This document shows positions 1-14,600 of a stretch of DNA of 64,000 bases, piece after piece. Position numbers and translations under genes: made by a program. Under the pieces are notes generated by a model that ran no database searches, was not told where the DNA came from, and saw only the letters and a list, made by a program, of their open reading frames with translations. This DNA comes from Mobula hypostoma (lineage: Eukaryota), in contig NC_086097.1 of the NCBI RefSeq assembly GCF_963921235.1, positions 56,050,001 through 56,114,000 on the forward strand. The letters run 5' to 3'. Position 1 is the stretch's first letter. Every line of letters begins with the position of its first letter.

Positions 1-171
1 TTCCTTCTTCTTGCACCACAACTTCATTGCACCACAGAATTTCATCTGTTTTGTAAACTGCCGATTACAGCATCATGTGCCAGTTACTTGCTCCGCCTCT
101 CTTCCCTACAGTTCTAAAATATTGTCCCGTTACCCTTTTAGAGAGCCAACTTTAACCGGTCCAGGAGGTGG

Positions 172-621
172 ATGAAGAACAAAACGAGTAGAGATAAAAG
201 CACACCAACCCACAGAATGGCCCACAGTGTCCTGCGTAGCTTTGCCTTGGTACGAGAGGGAAAGCAACCAGAAGTCATGATACATGTTGGGACCAACAAC
301 ATAGGCAAGAAGAAAGATGAGGTCCTGAAGTGTGAGTTTCGGGAACTAGGCAGAAGGCTGAAGAACAGGACCTCAAGGGTGACGTTCTCAGGATTGCTGC
401 CAGTGCTACGTGACAGTGATGGTAAGAATTGGAGGAGATGGCAGTTGAATGCGTGGCTGAGGAGTTTGTGCATGGAGCAGGGTTTTAGATTTTTAGATCA
501 TTGGGATCTCTTCTGGGGAAGGTGGGACCTTTACAGATTGGATGGGTTGCACCTAAACTCGAGGGGGAGCAATATCCTTGCAGGTAGGTTTGCTAGCATG
601 GTTCGGGAGGGTTTAAACTAA
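172..621 (+). pseudogene. CR1 ORF1 remnant, SGNH/GDSL esterase domain (first ~27 aa are flank read-through)
   Basis: VMIHVGTNNIG (block III GxND-like) and DGLHLN (block V DxxH) directly upstream of ORF2, as in CR1 ORF1. Confidence 0.85.
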
Positions 622-3606
622 TTTGCAAGGGGGATGGGACCCGGAGCAACAGAGCAGTGAAAGAAGTGCATAGAGTAAAGCCAGATCTAACATATAGGGA
701 GGCTTTGAGGAAAGAGAAGCAGAATAAAACGTGTAAAGGTAGTAAGGTAGAAGGGCTGAAGTGTGTGTACCTCAATGCAAGAAGCATCAGGGACAAAGGT
801 GATGAACTGAGAACACACATGGAATTATGATGTAGTGGCCATTACAGAGACTTGGCTGGCACCAGGGCAGGAATGGATTCTCAACATTCCTGGATTTCAG
901 TGCTTTAAAAGGGATGGGGGGGGGCGGAAGGGGAGGAGGGGTGGCATTACTGGTCAGGGGTACTATTACAGCTACAGAAAGGATGGGTAATGTAGCAGGA
1001 TCCTCTTTTGAGTCAGTATGGGTGGAAGTCAGGAACAGGAAGGGAGCAGTTACTCTATTGGGGGTATTCTATAGGCCCCCTGGTAGCAGCAGAGATACAG
1101 AGGATTAGATTGGGAGGCAGATTTTGGAAAGGTGCAGAAATAACAGGGTTGTTATCATGGGTGACTTTAACTTCCCTAATATTGATTGGCACCTGATTAG
1201 TTCCAAGGGTTTAGATGGAGCAGAGTTTGTTAGTGTGTCCAGGACGGATTCCTGTCACAGTATGTGGACAGTCCGACTAGGGGGAATGCCATACTAGATC
1301 TAGTACTAGGTAATGAACCGGGTCAGGTCACAGACCTCTCAGTGGGTGAGCATCTGGGGGACAGTGACCACCGCTCCCTGGACTTTAGCATTACCATGGA
1401 AAAGGATAGAATCAGAGAGGACAGGAAAATTTTTAATTGGGGAAGGGCAAATTATGAGGCTATAAGGCTAGAACTTGTGGGTGTGAATTGGGATGATGTT
1501 TTTGCAGGGAAATGTACTATGGACATGTGGTCGATGTTTAGAGATCTCTTGCAGGATGTTAAGGATAAATTTTTCCCGGTGAGGAAGATAAAGAATGGTA
1601 GGGTGAAGGAATCATGGGTGACAAGTGAGGTGGAAAATCTAATCAGGTGGAAGAAGGCAGCATACATGAGGTTTAGGAAGCAAGGATCAGATGGGTCTAT
1701 TGAGGAATATAGGGAAGCAAGAAAGGAGCTTAAGAAGGGGCTGAGAAGAACAAGAACGGGGCATGAGAAGGCCTTGGTGAGTAGGATAAAGGAAAACCCC
1801 AAGGCATTCTTCAGTTATGTGAAGGAAAAAAGGATGACAGGAGTGAAGGTAGGACCGATTAGAGATAAAGGTGGGAAGATGTGCCTGGAGGCTGTGGAAG
1901 TGAGCGAGGTCCACAATGAATACTTCTCTTCGGTATTCACCAATGAGAGGGAACTTGATGATGGTGAGGACAATATGAGTGAGGTTAATGTTCTGGAGCA
2001 CGTTGATATTAAGGGGGAGGAGGTATTGGAGTTGTTAAAATACATTAAGACGGATAAGTCCCCGGGGCCTGACGGAATATTCCCCAGGCTGCTCCACGAG
2101 GTGAGGGAAGAGATTGCTGAGCCTCTGGCTAGGATCTTTATGTCCTCGTTGTCCACGAGAATGGTACCGGAGGATTGGAGGGAGGCGAATGTTGTCCCCT
2201 TGTTCAAAAAAGGTAGTAAGGATAGTCTGGGTAATTATAGACCAGTGAGCCTTACATCTGTGGTGGGAAAGCTGTTGGAAAAGATTCTTAGAGATAGGAT
2301 CTGTGGGCATTTAGAGAATCATGGTCTGATCAGGGACAGTCAGCATGGCTTTGTGAAGGGCAGATCGTGTCTATAAAGCCTGATAGAGTTCTTTGAGGAG
2401 GTGACCAGGCATATAGATGAGAGTAGTGTAGTGGATGTGATCTATATGGATTTTAGTAAGGCATTTGGCAAGGTTCCACACGGTAGGCTAATTCAGAAAG
2501 TCAGAAGGCATGGGATCCAGGGAAGTGTGGCCAGGTGGATTCAGAATTGGCTTGCCTGCAGAAGGCAGAGGGTGGTGGTGGAGGGAGTACATTCAGATTG
2601 GAGGATTGTGACTAGTGGTGTCCCACAAGGATCTGTTCTGGGACCTCTACTTTTCGTGATTTTTATTAACGACCTGGATGTGGGGGTAGAAGGGTGGGTT
2701 GGCAAGTTTGAAGATGACGCAAAGGTTGGTGGTGTTGTGGATAGTGTAGAGGATTGTCCAAGATTGCAGAGAGACATTGATAGGATGCAGAAGTGGCCTG
2801 AGAAGTGGCAGATGGAGTTCAACCCAGAGAAGTGTGAGGTGGTACACTTTGGAAGGACAAACTCCAAGGCAGAGTACAAAGTAAATGGCAGGATACTTGG
2901 TAGTGTGGAGGAGCAGAGGGATCTCGGGGTACATGTCCACAAATCCCTGAAAGTTGCCTCACAGGTGGATAGGGTAGTTAAGAAAGCTTATGGGGTGTTA
3001 GCTTTCATAAGTTGAGAGACAGAGTTTAAGAGTCGCAATGTAATGATGCAGCTCTATAAAACTCTGGTTAGGCCACACTTGGAGTACTGTGTCCAGTTCT
3101 GGTCGCCTCACTATAGGAAGGATGTGGAAGCATTGGAAAGGGTACAGAGGAGATTTACCAGGATGCTGCCTGGTTTAGAGAGTATGCATTATGATCAGAG
3201 ATTAAGGGAGCTAGGGCTTTAGTCTTTGGAGAGAAGGAGGATGAAAGGAGACATGATAGAGGTGTACAAGATAATAAGAGGAATAGATAGAGTGGATAGC
3301 CAGTGCCTTTTCCCCAGGGCACCACTGCTCAATACAAGAGGACATGGCTTTAAGGTAAGGGGTGGGAAGTTCAAGGGGGATATTAGAGGAAGGTTTTTGA
3401 CTCAGAGAGTGGTTGGTGTGTGGAATGCACTGCCTGAGTCAGTGGTGGAGGCAGATACACTCGTGAAGTTTAGGAGACTACTAGACAGGTATATGGAGGA
3501 ATTTAAGGTAGGGGGTTATATGGGAGGCAGTGTTTGAGGGTCGGCACAACATTGTGGGCCGAAGGGCCTGTACTGTACTGTGCTGTACTATTCTATGTTC
3601 TATGTC
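250..3606 (+). mobile_element. CR1-clade LINE, 5'-truncated within ORF1, inactivated (family A)
   Basis: ORF1 esterase C-terminus, then APE endonuclease and RT frames, then 3' UTR with GGGCCGAAGGGCCTGT hairpin and (TTCTATG)n tail ending ~3606. Confidence 0.95.
740..3537 (+). pseudogene. CR1 ORF2 (APE endonuclease + reverse transcriptase), disrupted
   Basis: [58 protein letters not shown]; catalytic motif reads FEDD instead of FADD; stops at ~1106, ~2374, ~3013, ~3220 and frameshifts. Confidence 0.93.
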
Positions 3607-3679
3607 CTATTGGTATTTGGAGCCGCATGTGTTGAAGCCCGGAGCACAAGTGCCCAGAGACAGGGTGAGGAAGAAGGAG

Positions 3680-4263
3680 CACCAGCTTCCTGCTCACCAG
3701 AGAGCAAGTTATTCTGCAGAAAAGTCAGAGGAGATCAAATTGAGGCCAGGACACAGACTAGAGGAACAGCACTTTATATTCTGCCGTTGTAGTCTCAACC
3801 TGGGGTATGAACATTGATTTCTCCCACCACCAGTGACCACTTCCTTCAGTCCCCTTTTGTTTCTGCTTATTCCACCAGCCCCTCTATCCCTTCTCTTTCC
3901 CTTCCCCTACTCTCTTGATCTGCGCAACACCCACAAATTCTTCCATCCAATTCCCCTCCCCACCCTTTCCCTTTATTCCAAGGCTTCACTGTCCTCCCCA
4001 ATCAGATTCCACCTTCTTCAGCCCTTTGTCACTTCTACCAATGACCTCTGAGCTTCTTACATCATGTCCAGGTCCCCCTTCCTGCCTATCTTACCCCCCA
4101 CTTGATTCATCAGTCCACCATCACCCAACCCCACACTGTTGTATTGACTGTCTCCCCTCTTTCTTTCCAGTCCAGAGGAAGAGGCTTGAGCCGAAACGTT
4201 GACTATCCATTTCCCTCCACAGATGCTGCCTGATGTGCTGAGTTACTCCAGCATGTTGTGTGT
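3680..4263 (+). mobile_element. Penelope-like element 3' relic (GIY-YIG C-terminus + pLTR, decayed hammerhead)
   Basis: RLEEQHFIF then ATGAACATTGATTTC; pyrimidine-rich UTR; CCGAAACGTTGACT; GATGCTGCCTGA..GCTGAGTTACTCCAGCA terminus. Confidence 0.8.
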
Positions 4264-7049
4264 CACTCCAGTGCAGAATTACTATGAGCCCTTCTCAGTG
4301 AAGTGCTTGCTGCAGCAGCAGGTCTGCCTGAAAGACCACCTGCAGTCCCAGGGCCATTGTGATGATTAAAGATTGCCAGGGTGGAAGCAATCCTACGGTG
4401 GCTGTGATTGCCAGCTCTGAGGCAGTACTTGCAGGTAATGCAGTGCCTGATGTTTGACACTCCTATTACAGCACAGGCAGAATCATCTGGCATCTCTGCA
4501 CTGTCGTGGAAGCTGGTAAAGCCCTCCTCACTGAACCAAAGTTGCCTCATCGTTGCTTCACACTTAAGTGAACCTAGAAGAATTATTCTCCAATGGAACT
4601 TCATGATGAGAGACCTTCTCCTCCTCCTCCCTGTTCTACAGCTTATTTGTTCTGTGGCCTTCCTTCTCATTCATCCTGTCCTGTTGCACTCTAGGAGGAT
4701 GACACCAAAACATCAAAACACAGTTGGGATTGGCAAAAACCTTGCCTTTGGCTCTGCACTGATAGATCTCACAAACTGAAATGAGATCTGGAACAGCTAG
4801 CTTATTACAATGAATGTTCTGCATAAATTTATTAACAGCAACTCTGCAAGTAATTGATGATACGTCTAAATATTGCAGGAGAGTTAGTTCTTCTTCAGGC
4901 ATCCAAGGTTAACATATGGCAGTAGCTGCTTCATTGAAGTTCAGTTTGCCTGTGTTGGCGTCACATCAGCACCACACTGACTGAGGTCATAATCTACTAA
5001 TTCTTCCAGTAAGCATTGGTGTCCCACAAATGAGCATGCATGCATATGTATCGACTAGCAACTTGGCAATTGTAGAGCCCAAGTCACAGGCACTGATGGC
5101 CAACGTCTCAATAAATCATAAAGTTTCCAAAGTAGTTTCTTGAGGGTTTTGAAAGGAGACCTCTAAATCCTAGCACAACACAGAATCAAATAGAATCACT
5201 CAATCAATGTTAGCTTCCTATCAGCTTTGGGTAAGTGTGTAGTTAAGATGAATGGAGTATTCTTATATTTCTATGCTGCCTATTGGACATATACATTGAA
5301 AAACGACCACTATAGTCTCTTCATTGTAGCTGTTCAGAAAGCTCATGTTCTGCCCATGAGCAAAACTTCTGTTGGCTGTGGAGGTTCTCACAAATGCTGC
5401 TCAAGTGCCAACAGTTTACAGTCAACAATTACTTCCAGTCTATTTAGAGCATATCTGGATTTCTAAGATCCTCTAACAGTCTTCAACTGAACAATACTGT
5501 AAAATGTGAGCTAGGTTCCAAATTTCCACTTGGTAAACATTCTCATTAACCATTTCTTTTGACCTAGGTCTGCACACTTGGATTTTATGTCTGGATTTGC
5601 AATCAGCTTGGTAGCAGAACTCACACAAACAGATTGTGCTCTTTGCTATGAAGCATCTGTTGTATCTCACATTAAAATTGGACAAAATTCTTCCCTTTGT
5701 TCCCTTGGGGGAAAAATAGGCATACTGTAGGTGAATTTCCATCCTTATAAATTAAACACACATTAAGTTATTGAATTGACAATGCAATTTTAAAATAAAC
5801 ACTGTGCCAATTTGATCTGAATGTTATGAATATTTATATATTTAAATTTGCATGAATGAAGTCTAGGTAAGTCATTATGAGACATTGTTTAATAAAACTG
5901 CTCATTTTGTTTGTCAATTAAAATTGATTAGCTTATTACTGTGCCATGTAATTAGTTAGATATATCTTATTTAGCAATGTTCTTTTCTCACTGGAGATTA
6001 ATTAACATATTGTAAAAAATGTGCATTGCTCTTGCGAGTTAACCTTGCAGCAATTTTGTTTGTAATGAACAAACTACGGTCCTGTCTTTTGGAGCAATAT
6101 TGCCCTGGTTCCTGGACTTTCTACTTCAATTGCAGATAGCTCAACAATGATTGGCACAAAGCAGATTTTAAAAAATTTAATTTTTTTTTGACGGGCACTC
6201 GTCCTTTGTTGTAATAAAGAAAGATAATTCAGTTTTGATGAGGAGAGATAGCTATGAACCAAAAATAGAAATAGCACTTCCCAAACCAATCGTTAGCACT
6301 ACCAGTGTACAGAAGTAAATCATTAATTGGAAGTACAAAAGTAAACGTAAGTATTATTTCATAGCATATGCCTCGGCATATGTTAAGAAGTAACATTTCC
6401 CAAAAATATTGATTACTAAACATGGCCTAAAAGAGAAACATTAGCAAGAATAGAATCAGTAAAGTAAGTGAAATAATAGGGCTTTATTTGGCATTATATC
6501 TGACTTGAAAATGAGAGTGTGTGTTTCAGGAAGAAATCTCCCAGCACCAATTAGACTGTTTCAAAGGCTTGATAATTCCCAAGATGCACCAAAATGCATG
6601 GAGTAGATAAACAATACCCAAATGAATGAGCAAGTTTATTCAAAAATACTTCCTGATCCAGTAGATTGCAGCACCAACCATCACGATCTCCATTTGTATC
6701 ACGTTTCACTATCACACAAAGGAAGAACTAAATAATGATATTCATGAAAAATCATAATGTAAGATGTCAGGAACTATTGTGTGAAAGTTGAGATCTGATC
6801 ATGAATGGTGAGTAAGTGTGCTTTCTGGAAGGTCGGGTGAGCAATGGGGGCTGCTGCTAAATTGGAAAGAAGCACAGTGGGACTTGGTCTCTTGTAGGTA
6901 GAAATGGTCTGAGTGGAGCTGAAAACTTCCATATGAGCACTGGTACCTCTGAAGTGAATAAGGCAGATCAGGCAGTAGTTGTAGAGAGAGAAAAACTGAG
7001 TTAATATTACAGATGGAAAAACTTTACAGCCAGTTTTGACTGAAAAGGT

Positions 7050-7160
7050 TTATCAAAATTGTTGAATTCAATTTTAAGTCCTGATGGCTGTAAAGTGCCC
7101 AGAGGGAAGATGAGGTGCTATTTCTCAAAGTTTACACTGGCCCTCATAAGAACAGTTAAG
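7050..7160 (-). mobile_element. Old Penelope-like GIY-YIG tail relic
   Basis: Minus strand resembles KLEKxHLIFPLGTLQPSGLKIEFNNF, matching the better-preserved PLE copies. Confidence 0.55.
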
Positions 7161-7589
7161 ACTCATTGATCTGTGGTCTTTATGTTTCATCAACTGTGCT
7201 GATCTACATTTCAATGTTTTAGCATGCTCCCTTGATTGTTTTAATTTTTGTTCTGGATGCCCCCTTTAATCTATCAATCAGGTGGCTCTGTAAACATCGG
7301 GGTCATCTGGACAACTCAAGCTCACTCTTCCAGAGATATCCCCTTTTTTCCTATCCATTACCCTGTTACATTCTCTGCATTTTAAAAATAACTTCCATTT
7401 CATCAACCTTTCATGTTAACTCTGACTCTCTCTCTATTATAGTACCTGGGTCACTCAGGTGTCCTGTTTTACATTGAAGTGAGATTCAAAATACAGCTTT
7501 CCCCAAATTCTGTCAAACTTTCCTTCAAATTCTCATCTGTATCTTCACTGATAATTTTTCCAAGCCTCTTTCCATACTTTCCCCAAAAG

Positions 7590-8240
7590 ATTTCTGGATC
7601 ATTGGAATCTCTTCTGGGGAAGGTATGACCTGTACAAAAAGGACGGGTTATATCTGAACTCCAAGGGGACAAATATCCTTGCAGGCAGGTTTGATGGAGC
7701 TTTTGAGGAGGGTTTAAAGTAATTTGGCAGGGGTCTGGGAATCAGGCCGATAGGACAGAGGATAGAACAGTTGGTATATGTAAATGCAGCATGCGGTTTA
7801 GAATTTAACTTCTGGTAACATGGGGGCAAAATTGAAAAGGGTGATGAATACAGGAGTGAAGGTGTTATATTTGAACAATATTACAATGGAGTAAAGGGAG
7901 CTGGTATACAAAATCATAGGAAGGTATAGATAGGGTAAATACAAGCAGACTTTTACCACAGAGATTGGGTGAGACTTGAACTAGAGGTCATGGGTTAAGG
8001 GTGAAAGGTGAAATATTTAAGGGGACTGTGAGGGGGAACTTCCTCACTCAGATGGTGTTGAGAATGTGGAACAAGTTGCCAGTGGATATGATGGATACAG
8101 GTTTGATTTCAACATTTCAGAGAAATTTGAGTAGGTACATTGATGGGAGGGTATGGACTGGATGCAGATCGATGGGACTGGGTAGAATAATGGTTTGGAA
8201 TGAACTGGACAGGGCGAAGGGCCTGTTTCTGTGCTGTAGT
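7590..8240 (+). mobile_element. CR1 fragments: ORF1 end joined to a 3'-terminal fragment
   Basis: 7590-7740 parallels 490-640 (FLDHWNLFWGRYDLYKKDG); 7900-8240 is a CR1 3' end ending GGGCGAAGGGCCTGTTTCTGTGCTGTA. Confidence 0.8.
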
Positions 8241-8624
8241 TCAATGAGTTTTGTCCAGCTGCATAAAGTTGATGTGTTCTTTGTCCCACACATCAGTCTT
8301 CTGTGGTAGATGAGTTCTATCTTCTGTCCTACACATCAATCACTTTTGTTTTTACTGATCCATTGCCTCCCATCTCTTAATATAGTGACTTCAAAATCAT
8401 GAATAATATTTTAGTTCCTTCTGGAGTGAAATGTGGAATGCAGCTATAATTCTACCACAGAAAAATCTTCAATACATTTCTCCCATTTCTCATTTTCCTT
8501 CATGTGCTGAGACGTTGCTTGGAGATTGGAAAATTGTAAAATTAGCAAGGAAGGTAAAATATATTGACATTTGCTATCAATTTTACACATATCAGGGAGA
8601 AGAGGCACAGGCTGAGATCATTAT

Positions 8625-8720
8625 ATGACTATATGATATATATGTACAGTATCTGAAATACATCTTATGGAAATGTTTGTTTGATGATGAACTTCAATAA
8701 AAAATAAATTACAAAAAAAA
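8625..8720 (+). mobile_element. Poly(A)-tailed retroelement 3' tip (L1/Tx1-like)
   Basis: AATAAA followed by an A-rich tail; no coding sequence, so family is uncertain. Confidence 0.4.
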
Positions 8721-10094
8721 TCACTAATAACTGAGTTCAAAATGAAATGCCAAGGGAAAAATAGAAAAAGCCAAAAAACAGGTAAAGGATGGAACAACTG
8801 AGTTGATAAAATAAAATGACAGGCTTAAACAGTGCTATAAAAGCAAACACTTTCTGATATTTACATTTCTCTTATGAAGCTGAGTGATACATCAGTTTTA
8901 TGAATGATATATTAAAGAGCTAACTAAACTTGCAAATCTTATTAACTTTATTTCAGTTGGTGTCTGTTTTCTTAGCCTGAAGCTATCATATTTCCTGAAT
9001 AGCTTAAGTGATCAAATATCAGCAAAATCCTCAGCAGACATTTATGTCATAATTTTATGCCTACCATGTCTGTTAAAATACGCCTTTGAGAAACTCTCAA
9101 ACAAAATCCATGTGGTGGTTGGAAGCAAATGGAAAACACACTAACGATTCACTTGCTCATGACTTCACATTTTAAACTCACGTCATTCACATAACAAACT
9201 GGCGACTTACAGGATATCAATGGGAAATTAGCAGGAAGTGGGTGAGGTATGGAAGGTTAAAGAAGGTTGGGTGGGTTTTCAGATAGCAAGATGGAGGAGT
9301 GTGGAGAGAGGATTTCAGAGGAATAATTCTGGATGACTGAAGTTCTTGCATCCCATGGTGGAGTGAGGGAAGTATACAGAACAACAGAACAGGGTTAGAA
9401 AAACTCAGAGTATGTAAAAACATGGGCCTGGAGAAAATGGCAGAAATGAACTGTAGCAAAGCCATTGAACAATTTTAAAATACTGAGGAACTCATTGAGA
9501 AATAGGGAAGCAAAGAAGGTGGGATTGATTTACCGGACTCATCATGCATTCAGATACACGGAATGGAATTGATTAGAAATTGATGCCAGAGGAGATCATT
9601 GGCCAAAGCATTGAAAAAACTGATGCTGAATACATAACAGAGAATTATAAGGCAAGAGTGGGAGAGTTGTGGGAATAGATTGGCTTTGAATCTCAGCTCA
9701 GAGTCAAACAAGAAGTATATCTAAGTGATCAAGGAACGAAAGAGGATGTTAAGTTGGACTTAAAACAGTGGAGGAGGCTATTTGCCTAAACAGACTGTGT
9801 GTAGGAACTATCTATTTTAATTCCATTTCCCAAAATTACACACTGTTAATTCTTCCAATTATAAACGTTCCCAATTGAAATTTCCCATGAACTTTCCTTC
9901 CTGCACGCCTTCAGATAGTGCATCACAAATCATAAAAACACTGCATGAGCAAAGAACTTATCGTCCTTCTTCCAGAATGTTTGTAAATTATTTTAAATCG
10001 ATGATCTTTGTTTATTGCCCAATTTGCCAGTCAAGGAAATGTCTTGCTACTTGCTGGATCAAAACCTTATATAATTTCAAATTTCACTCAGCCA

Positions 10095-10281
10095 TGCCTG
10101 TACGTGGAATGGGCTGCCGGCGGCGGTGGAGGCAGAAATGATAGGGTCTTTTAAGAGACTCCTGGATGGCTACATGGAGCTTAGAAAAATAGAGGGCTAT
10201 GGGTAAAGCCAAGGTAGTTCTAAGGCAGGGACATGTTCAGCACAGTTTTGTCGGCCGAAGGGCCTGTACTATGCTGTAGGT
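10095..10281 (+). mobile_element. CR1 3' terminal fragment
   Basis: TGGAATGGGCTGCCGG..TTTAAGAGACTCCTGGAT..GGCCGAAGGGCCTGTA with (TTTCTATG)n-type tail continuing to ~10301. Confidence 0.85.
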
Positions 10282-10644
10282 TTTCCATGTTTCTATGTTT
10301 CTAATAATCCCACACAGTCCAATTTCTCCACAAAACTGAAGTTCTTCACTCCTTCTATCATCCTGATAAACCTTCTCCTCAAATCCTCCCAAAGATCTTT
10401 GCATCCTTCTTAACATAAGAAGTTCAAAGTTCACACGAGTCTTGAACTAAGGTTTAAATATATTTTTAAAGGTCCAATGTGACTTCAGTTCTCAAATTAA
10501 CAACACCAAGTATATCATACTTTGTTTCTTAACTACCTTTTCAATGTGCCTGGCCACGTCTGTGAATATGCAGCTGAGGTACCAATGACCTTGAAGAACT
10601 GATAAATTTACAACAGAGCTGCCAATTCTGATTGAAACGGAAGC

Positions 10645-11030
10645 AGCAAATTACCTGAAATATTTGAATCCAATTGATGTAAGATGAGATGGGCTTCTGA
10701 AGCTTACTTTAATCCTTGTTGAAACAGTACAAGAGACTACAAGCAAAAAGGTCAGAGTGGAAATGCAAAGGCAAATTAAATTTACAGGCATTTGAAAGGT
10801 TGGAATCGTTCCATGAACTGAATGGAGGTGTTCTGCAAAAAGGTCTCGTATGTGGCAATTTATCAAATATCTTTGACGATGTAGAGGAAACTCCATCCTG
10901 ACTACTGATGTAATATTCTAGATTGGTAGAAGGGTAAGTGAATTGTTGCTTTATCTGGAAGGACTTGTTTGGGACCATGGATCATCATAAGGGAAGAGAT
11001 GAAAAGACAGGTGTTGCATAACTGTGGTTG
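10645..11030 (-). mobile_element. Penelope-like GIY-YIG endonuclease relic
   Basis: Minus-strand VPNKSFQIKQQFTYPSTNLEYYIS and RDLFAEHLHSV match the PLE endonuclease region seen at 29.7-29.9 kb and 31.4 kb. Confidence 0.75.
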
Positions 11031-11429
11031 GTGGTTTGGAAGAGTGAACCCGGAAGCTGCATAGGAAATGAACACTACTGCGCATTTAGAATCTATTAAG
11101 TATGTAGCAATTTACATATTCATTGTTTTAGTATTAAATATAATGACATGGCCATTATTGTGAGGAACATATCAGAGAGTAACCAATCACGTTTCTTTCA
11201 CTCCACTGCTATCATGTGTCAGAGATTAAGGATGATTTTATAACCAGATAAAAAAGGGCTGTGGTCTATTCATCTAAAATTGTGGAGTTACCCAGCGTGC
11301 CAATACGTAATTTTAATTAGAGAGAGTATGCTGCTGTATCTTGGGTATAGTCAGCCTTAATGAAAAATAAATCACATAATTACACTTTCCACGTGTTAGT
11401 TTACAGGCAGCAATGTGGTGATTATATAC

Positions 11430-11620
11430 ACGAGTGAGAGTGTGGAAGGAGCTGTCAGCACAAGTGGTCGATGTGGGCTTGATTTCAACATTGAAGAGCA
11501 ATTTGGATTGGTATATGGATGGTAGGGGTATGGAGGGCTATGGTTCAGGTTAGTAGATTGACATGGACTAGTTGGGCTGAAGGGCCTGATTCTGTGCTGT
11601 AGTGTTTTATGACTCGATGA
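11430..11620 (+). mobile_element. CR1 3' terminal fragment (old)
   Basis: GTGAGAGTGTGGAAGGAGCTG..GGGCTGAAGGGCCTGATTCTGTGCTGTA. Confidence 0.75.
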
Positions 11621-14600
11621 CTCTGTATGTGTATTAAAATTTAATAATAAAAAACTTTTTGTAAATGAAACATACCGTCTTTTGATAATTTCTTGATTTG
11701 TGGCAATATAATATGATTTTGCCTTTTAGTATAAATATTTTGCTTTTTACCATTTAATATATTTTTAACAGTTTGATATGCATCAATATTATTCATCAAC
11801 TGAAAGAACTAAAGGTAAAGATTCAGGGAAATTTATCTTTCTATTATGAAGTCAGACAGTCTTGTATCAATATGTGACCCTGACAAAACTTTTATACTAA
11901 TGCAGGGTTGCTCTGGCAGAGCCTAAAGATCTCTAAAAGCAAAGTCCATTCTCCAGAATTAAAAAAAAGTAGCACGAATAATTCTCTTTCATCTCCGGAT
12001 CCCTATTGGGCTTTCATTTTTTACTTTATTTGTTTAATGGAGACTGCACACCGTGAGAACTTCATCATCATACAGGCCAGAATTGTTTAGTTGGACTTAT
12101 TCCAGATATGTCTATAAGTTTAAATTCTTATTAGGTAGATCTACAATTTATCAAATGGAGCATCTCAATCCCTACCCCTCCATTCAGCTTCACATCTCTT
12201 ATACTTCCTTGTGCATTTCCTTAAAGTTATTTTATCTCTAGTAATTTTAATTAAATCTGCACTACTAAGCCTTGCAATTTTAATAAGACTATTTTTAATA
12301 CGTTAAGTAAAAAGGAAACTCTTGGAGGTTGTTTATAATGGTGTCCTTTTATCCAATACAAATATGCTCCAATTTTTGCAGGCTCGCTTTGCTATTATTA
12401 AAACACTGTCATCTAGAGACCTAAGGAACAACAAATTTGCATCTCCCGAGAAATCTGATGATTCTCAAAATAAATAGCCATATGCACATTGTACAGTTCA
12501 GCCTGATAATCCCCAATATCCAACTGCTTAAAATACAGAATCCTAGTAAACACAATTGAAAAGCTACACAGAATTAAAATTATTTGGAAAAATGAAACAG
12601 TACATCAAAATGGAAAATAAACGTATTTGCTTTACAATTCAGTACATCGGAAATCAATTAAAACCAATTGAAATGAAAAATATCACAGCTTATCTAAGCA
12701 GGTTCTTGCGTTTCGGCTTAGAAAAAGAAAACCATCTACTATAATTATTAGGTATAATAAAAGTCTAAATGAGTGCCAAGTGATAATCTTTTTGAAATTA
12801 ATCTCAAAATTTCTGTTTAAGAAAGAAAGATATTTTCTAAGAAAATCATCTAAACCACCCCCTACATTATTAGATGGAATTTTGGGTGGAGAATTCTGAG
12901 TTATATCAGGCATTCTTTTCTTATGCTGTAACCTGACAAGATCAGAATGCCAGAAAGACGAAAGCTGTTTCCCTAGATACCAGTTTAGAAATACTAAAAT
13001 CAAGGGGTGTGGGGAGATGAGGGTGGGGCAACACACTAGAGGCTGGAATTATATCTGATGGGGAAGGAGATGCTGTGGCTAATGGAGGCCTGTTATTGCA
13101 GCCCTGAGGGATCACTGCAGGAGTTCTGCAGGGAATTATCCTTGGCCCAAACATCTTCAGCTGCTACATCAATTAGCTTTCATTCATCTGCTTATTTCTG
13201 ATTCCACAGAGTTTAGGTCCACTCGTAAGTCCACCATTAATGATACAGCACCTGTGAACCTACAGGGCAAGTAAATAATTTTTTAGCCTTGATTTGACTA
13301 GTGACAGTTAACATATACAAGGAATGAATGTCCAGAAATTATCTCACCCAAAATAAAGCAAACTAATTTCTCCTTTAATCTCAAATGCAGTCATACTTGC
13401 CCAATCTCTGAGCATTAATATCTCTGGAATGCTTCATTCCTCAGATCTGTCTTTATGTTGTTTACTTAAAATGTTCAATAAGACATAAAAGAAAATGTTG
13501 TAGAAGCTTTTGAAACACGTGCCTAAACTTCATTCATGGAAGTACATATCATAATAAATGTAAATAGGCAATAGTTTGATAAACATAAAGTTTCATTATA
13601 TCAGCCGATAGTTTCTTGTATTTTTCTGTTACTTGTTTATAATAAATAATTTTCAATTATGTCTTTGAATAAAATATTCAGGAAAGACTAATTTTAACAG
13701 AACATTATTTTCCAAGTATCTCAAAAATAAAATGTCTTCTTTTATCAGCAAAATTAAATATTATTTTGCATTTTTTCTGCTTGTGTCTGGATTTCACAAA
13801 TTGCAGCATTTCTATTAGTGACAGTAAATCAACAAAACTAATCACATGCAGCAACACCGAGTGACTACATTTATCTCTGACATTAGCATTCTGTGTTGGT
13901 CTGAGACATTAACTGCATTTAGACGACACCAACAAGATGATACAACAGGAAAGATCATACCTCGTTCAGAACTCACTTTTTTTAAATTTGTCAGATATCA
14001 TGCCTCAGACTAAAGGTTTCTCCAAAATGTATCTTTATTGGTTTTGAAATGAACAAAGGTTTCTCTGCACAGAACTGCCATGGGGCCAATTATCCAATCC
14101 TTCAGCTGCAACAGCTCTTTTATGCTAAATGTATTTCTCTTTAATATCTGAGCCAATTCACTCCTTACTACAACCACAGAACATCTGCAGCTGAATATGC
14201 AATCAGTTCCTTCGCATAGTGACAGAGCGTATCACCTTAAACTCAACAACCGTAAGCTAGAGACAGGGGAATGGTTGGGGGGGGGGGGTGGTTTACAATG
14301 TGTGTGGGTGTGGGGGCAAAGCGGGATAGGATCTGGGAGGTACGTACATTTTTCACACAAAGAGTAGCTGGTATCTGGAATCAGGAGGTGGTGAGGGCAG
14401 GAGCAGTAACAACATTGAAGATGCAAATAGATAGGGTATTTGAAGAGAGAAGGGAATAGAGGGGCATGGAATTAATGCAGAATCTGGTTTATTATTACTG
14501 TTTTATGGGACACGAAATTCGTTGTTTTGTAGCAGCAGTACCATGCAATAATATACAATAACTATACATTACAAAATAGATAAATAGTTCAAGAGTTCAA

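Noticed and set aside
68..85. 18-bp match CAGCATCATGTGCCAGTT shared with ~55832
   Set aside because: Isolated short match within PLE-terminus-like sequence; no extended homology.
1264..3015. 370-aa and 204-aa ORFs as functional genes
   Set aside because: Pieces of one CR1 ORF2 broken by stops and frameshifts, with a mutated RT motif.
4263..4902. Overlapping 88-135 aa ORFs
   Set aside because: No recognisable motif or convincing splice structure; origin unresolved.
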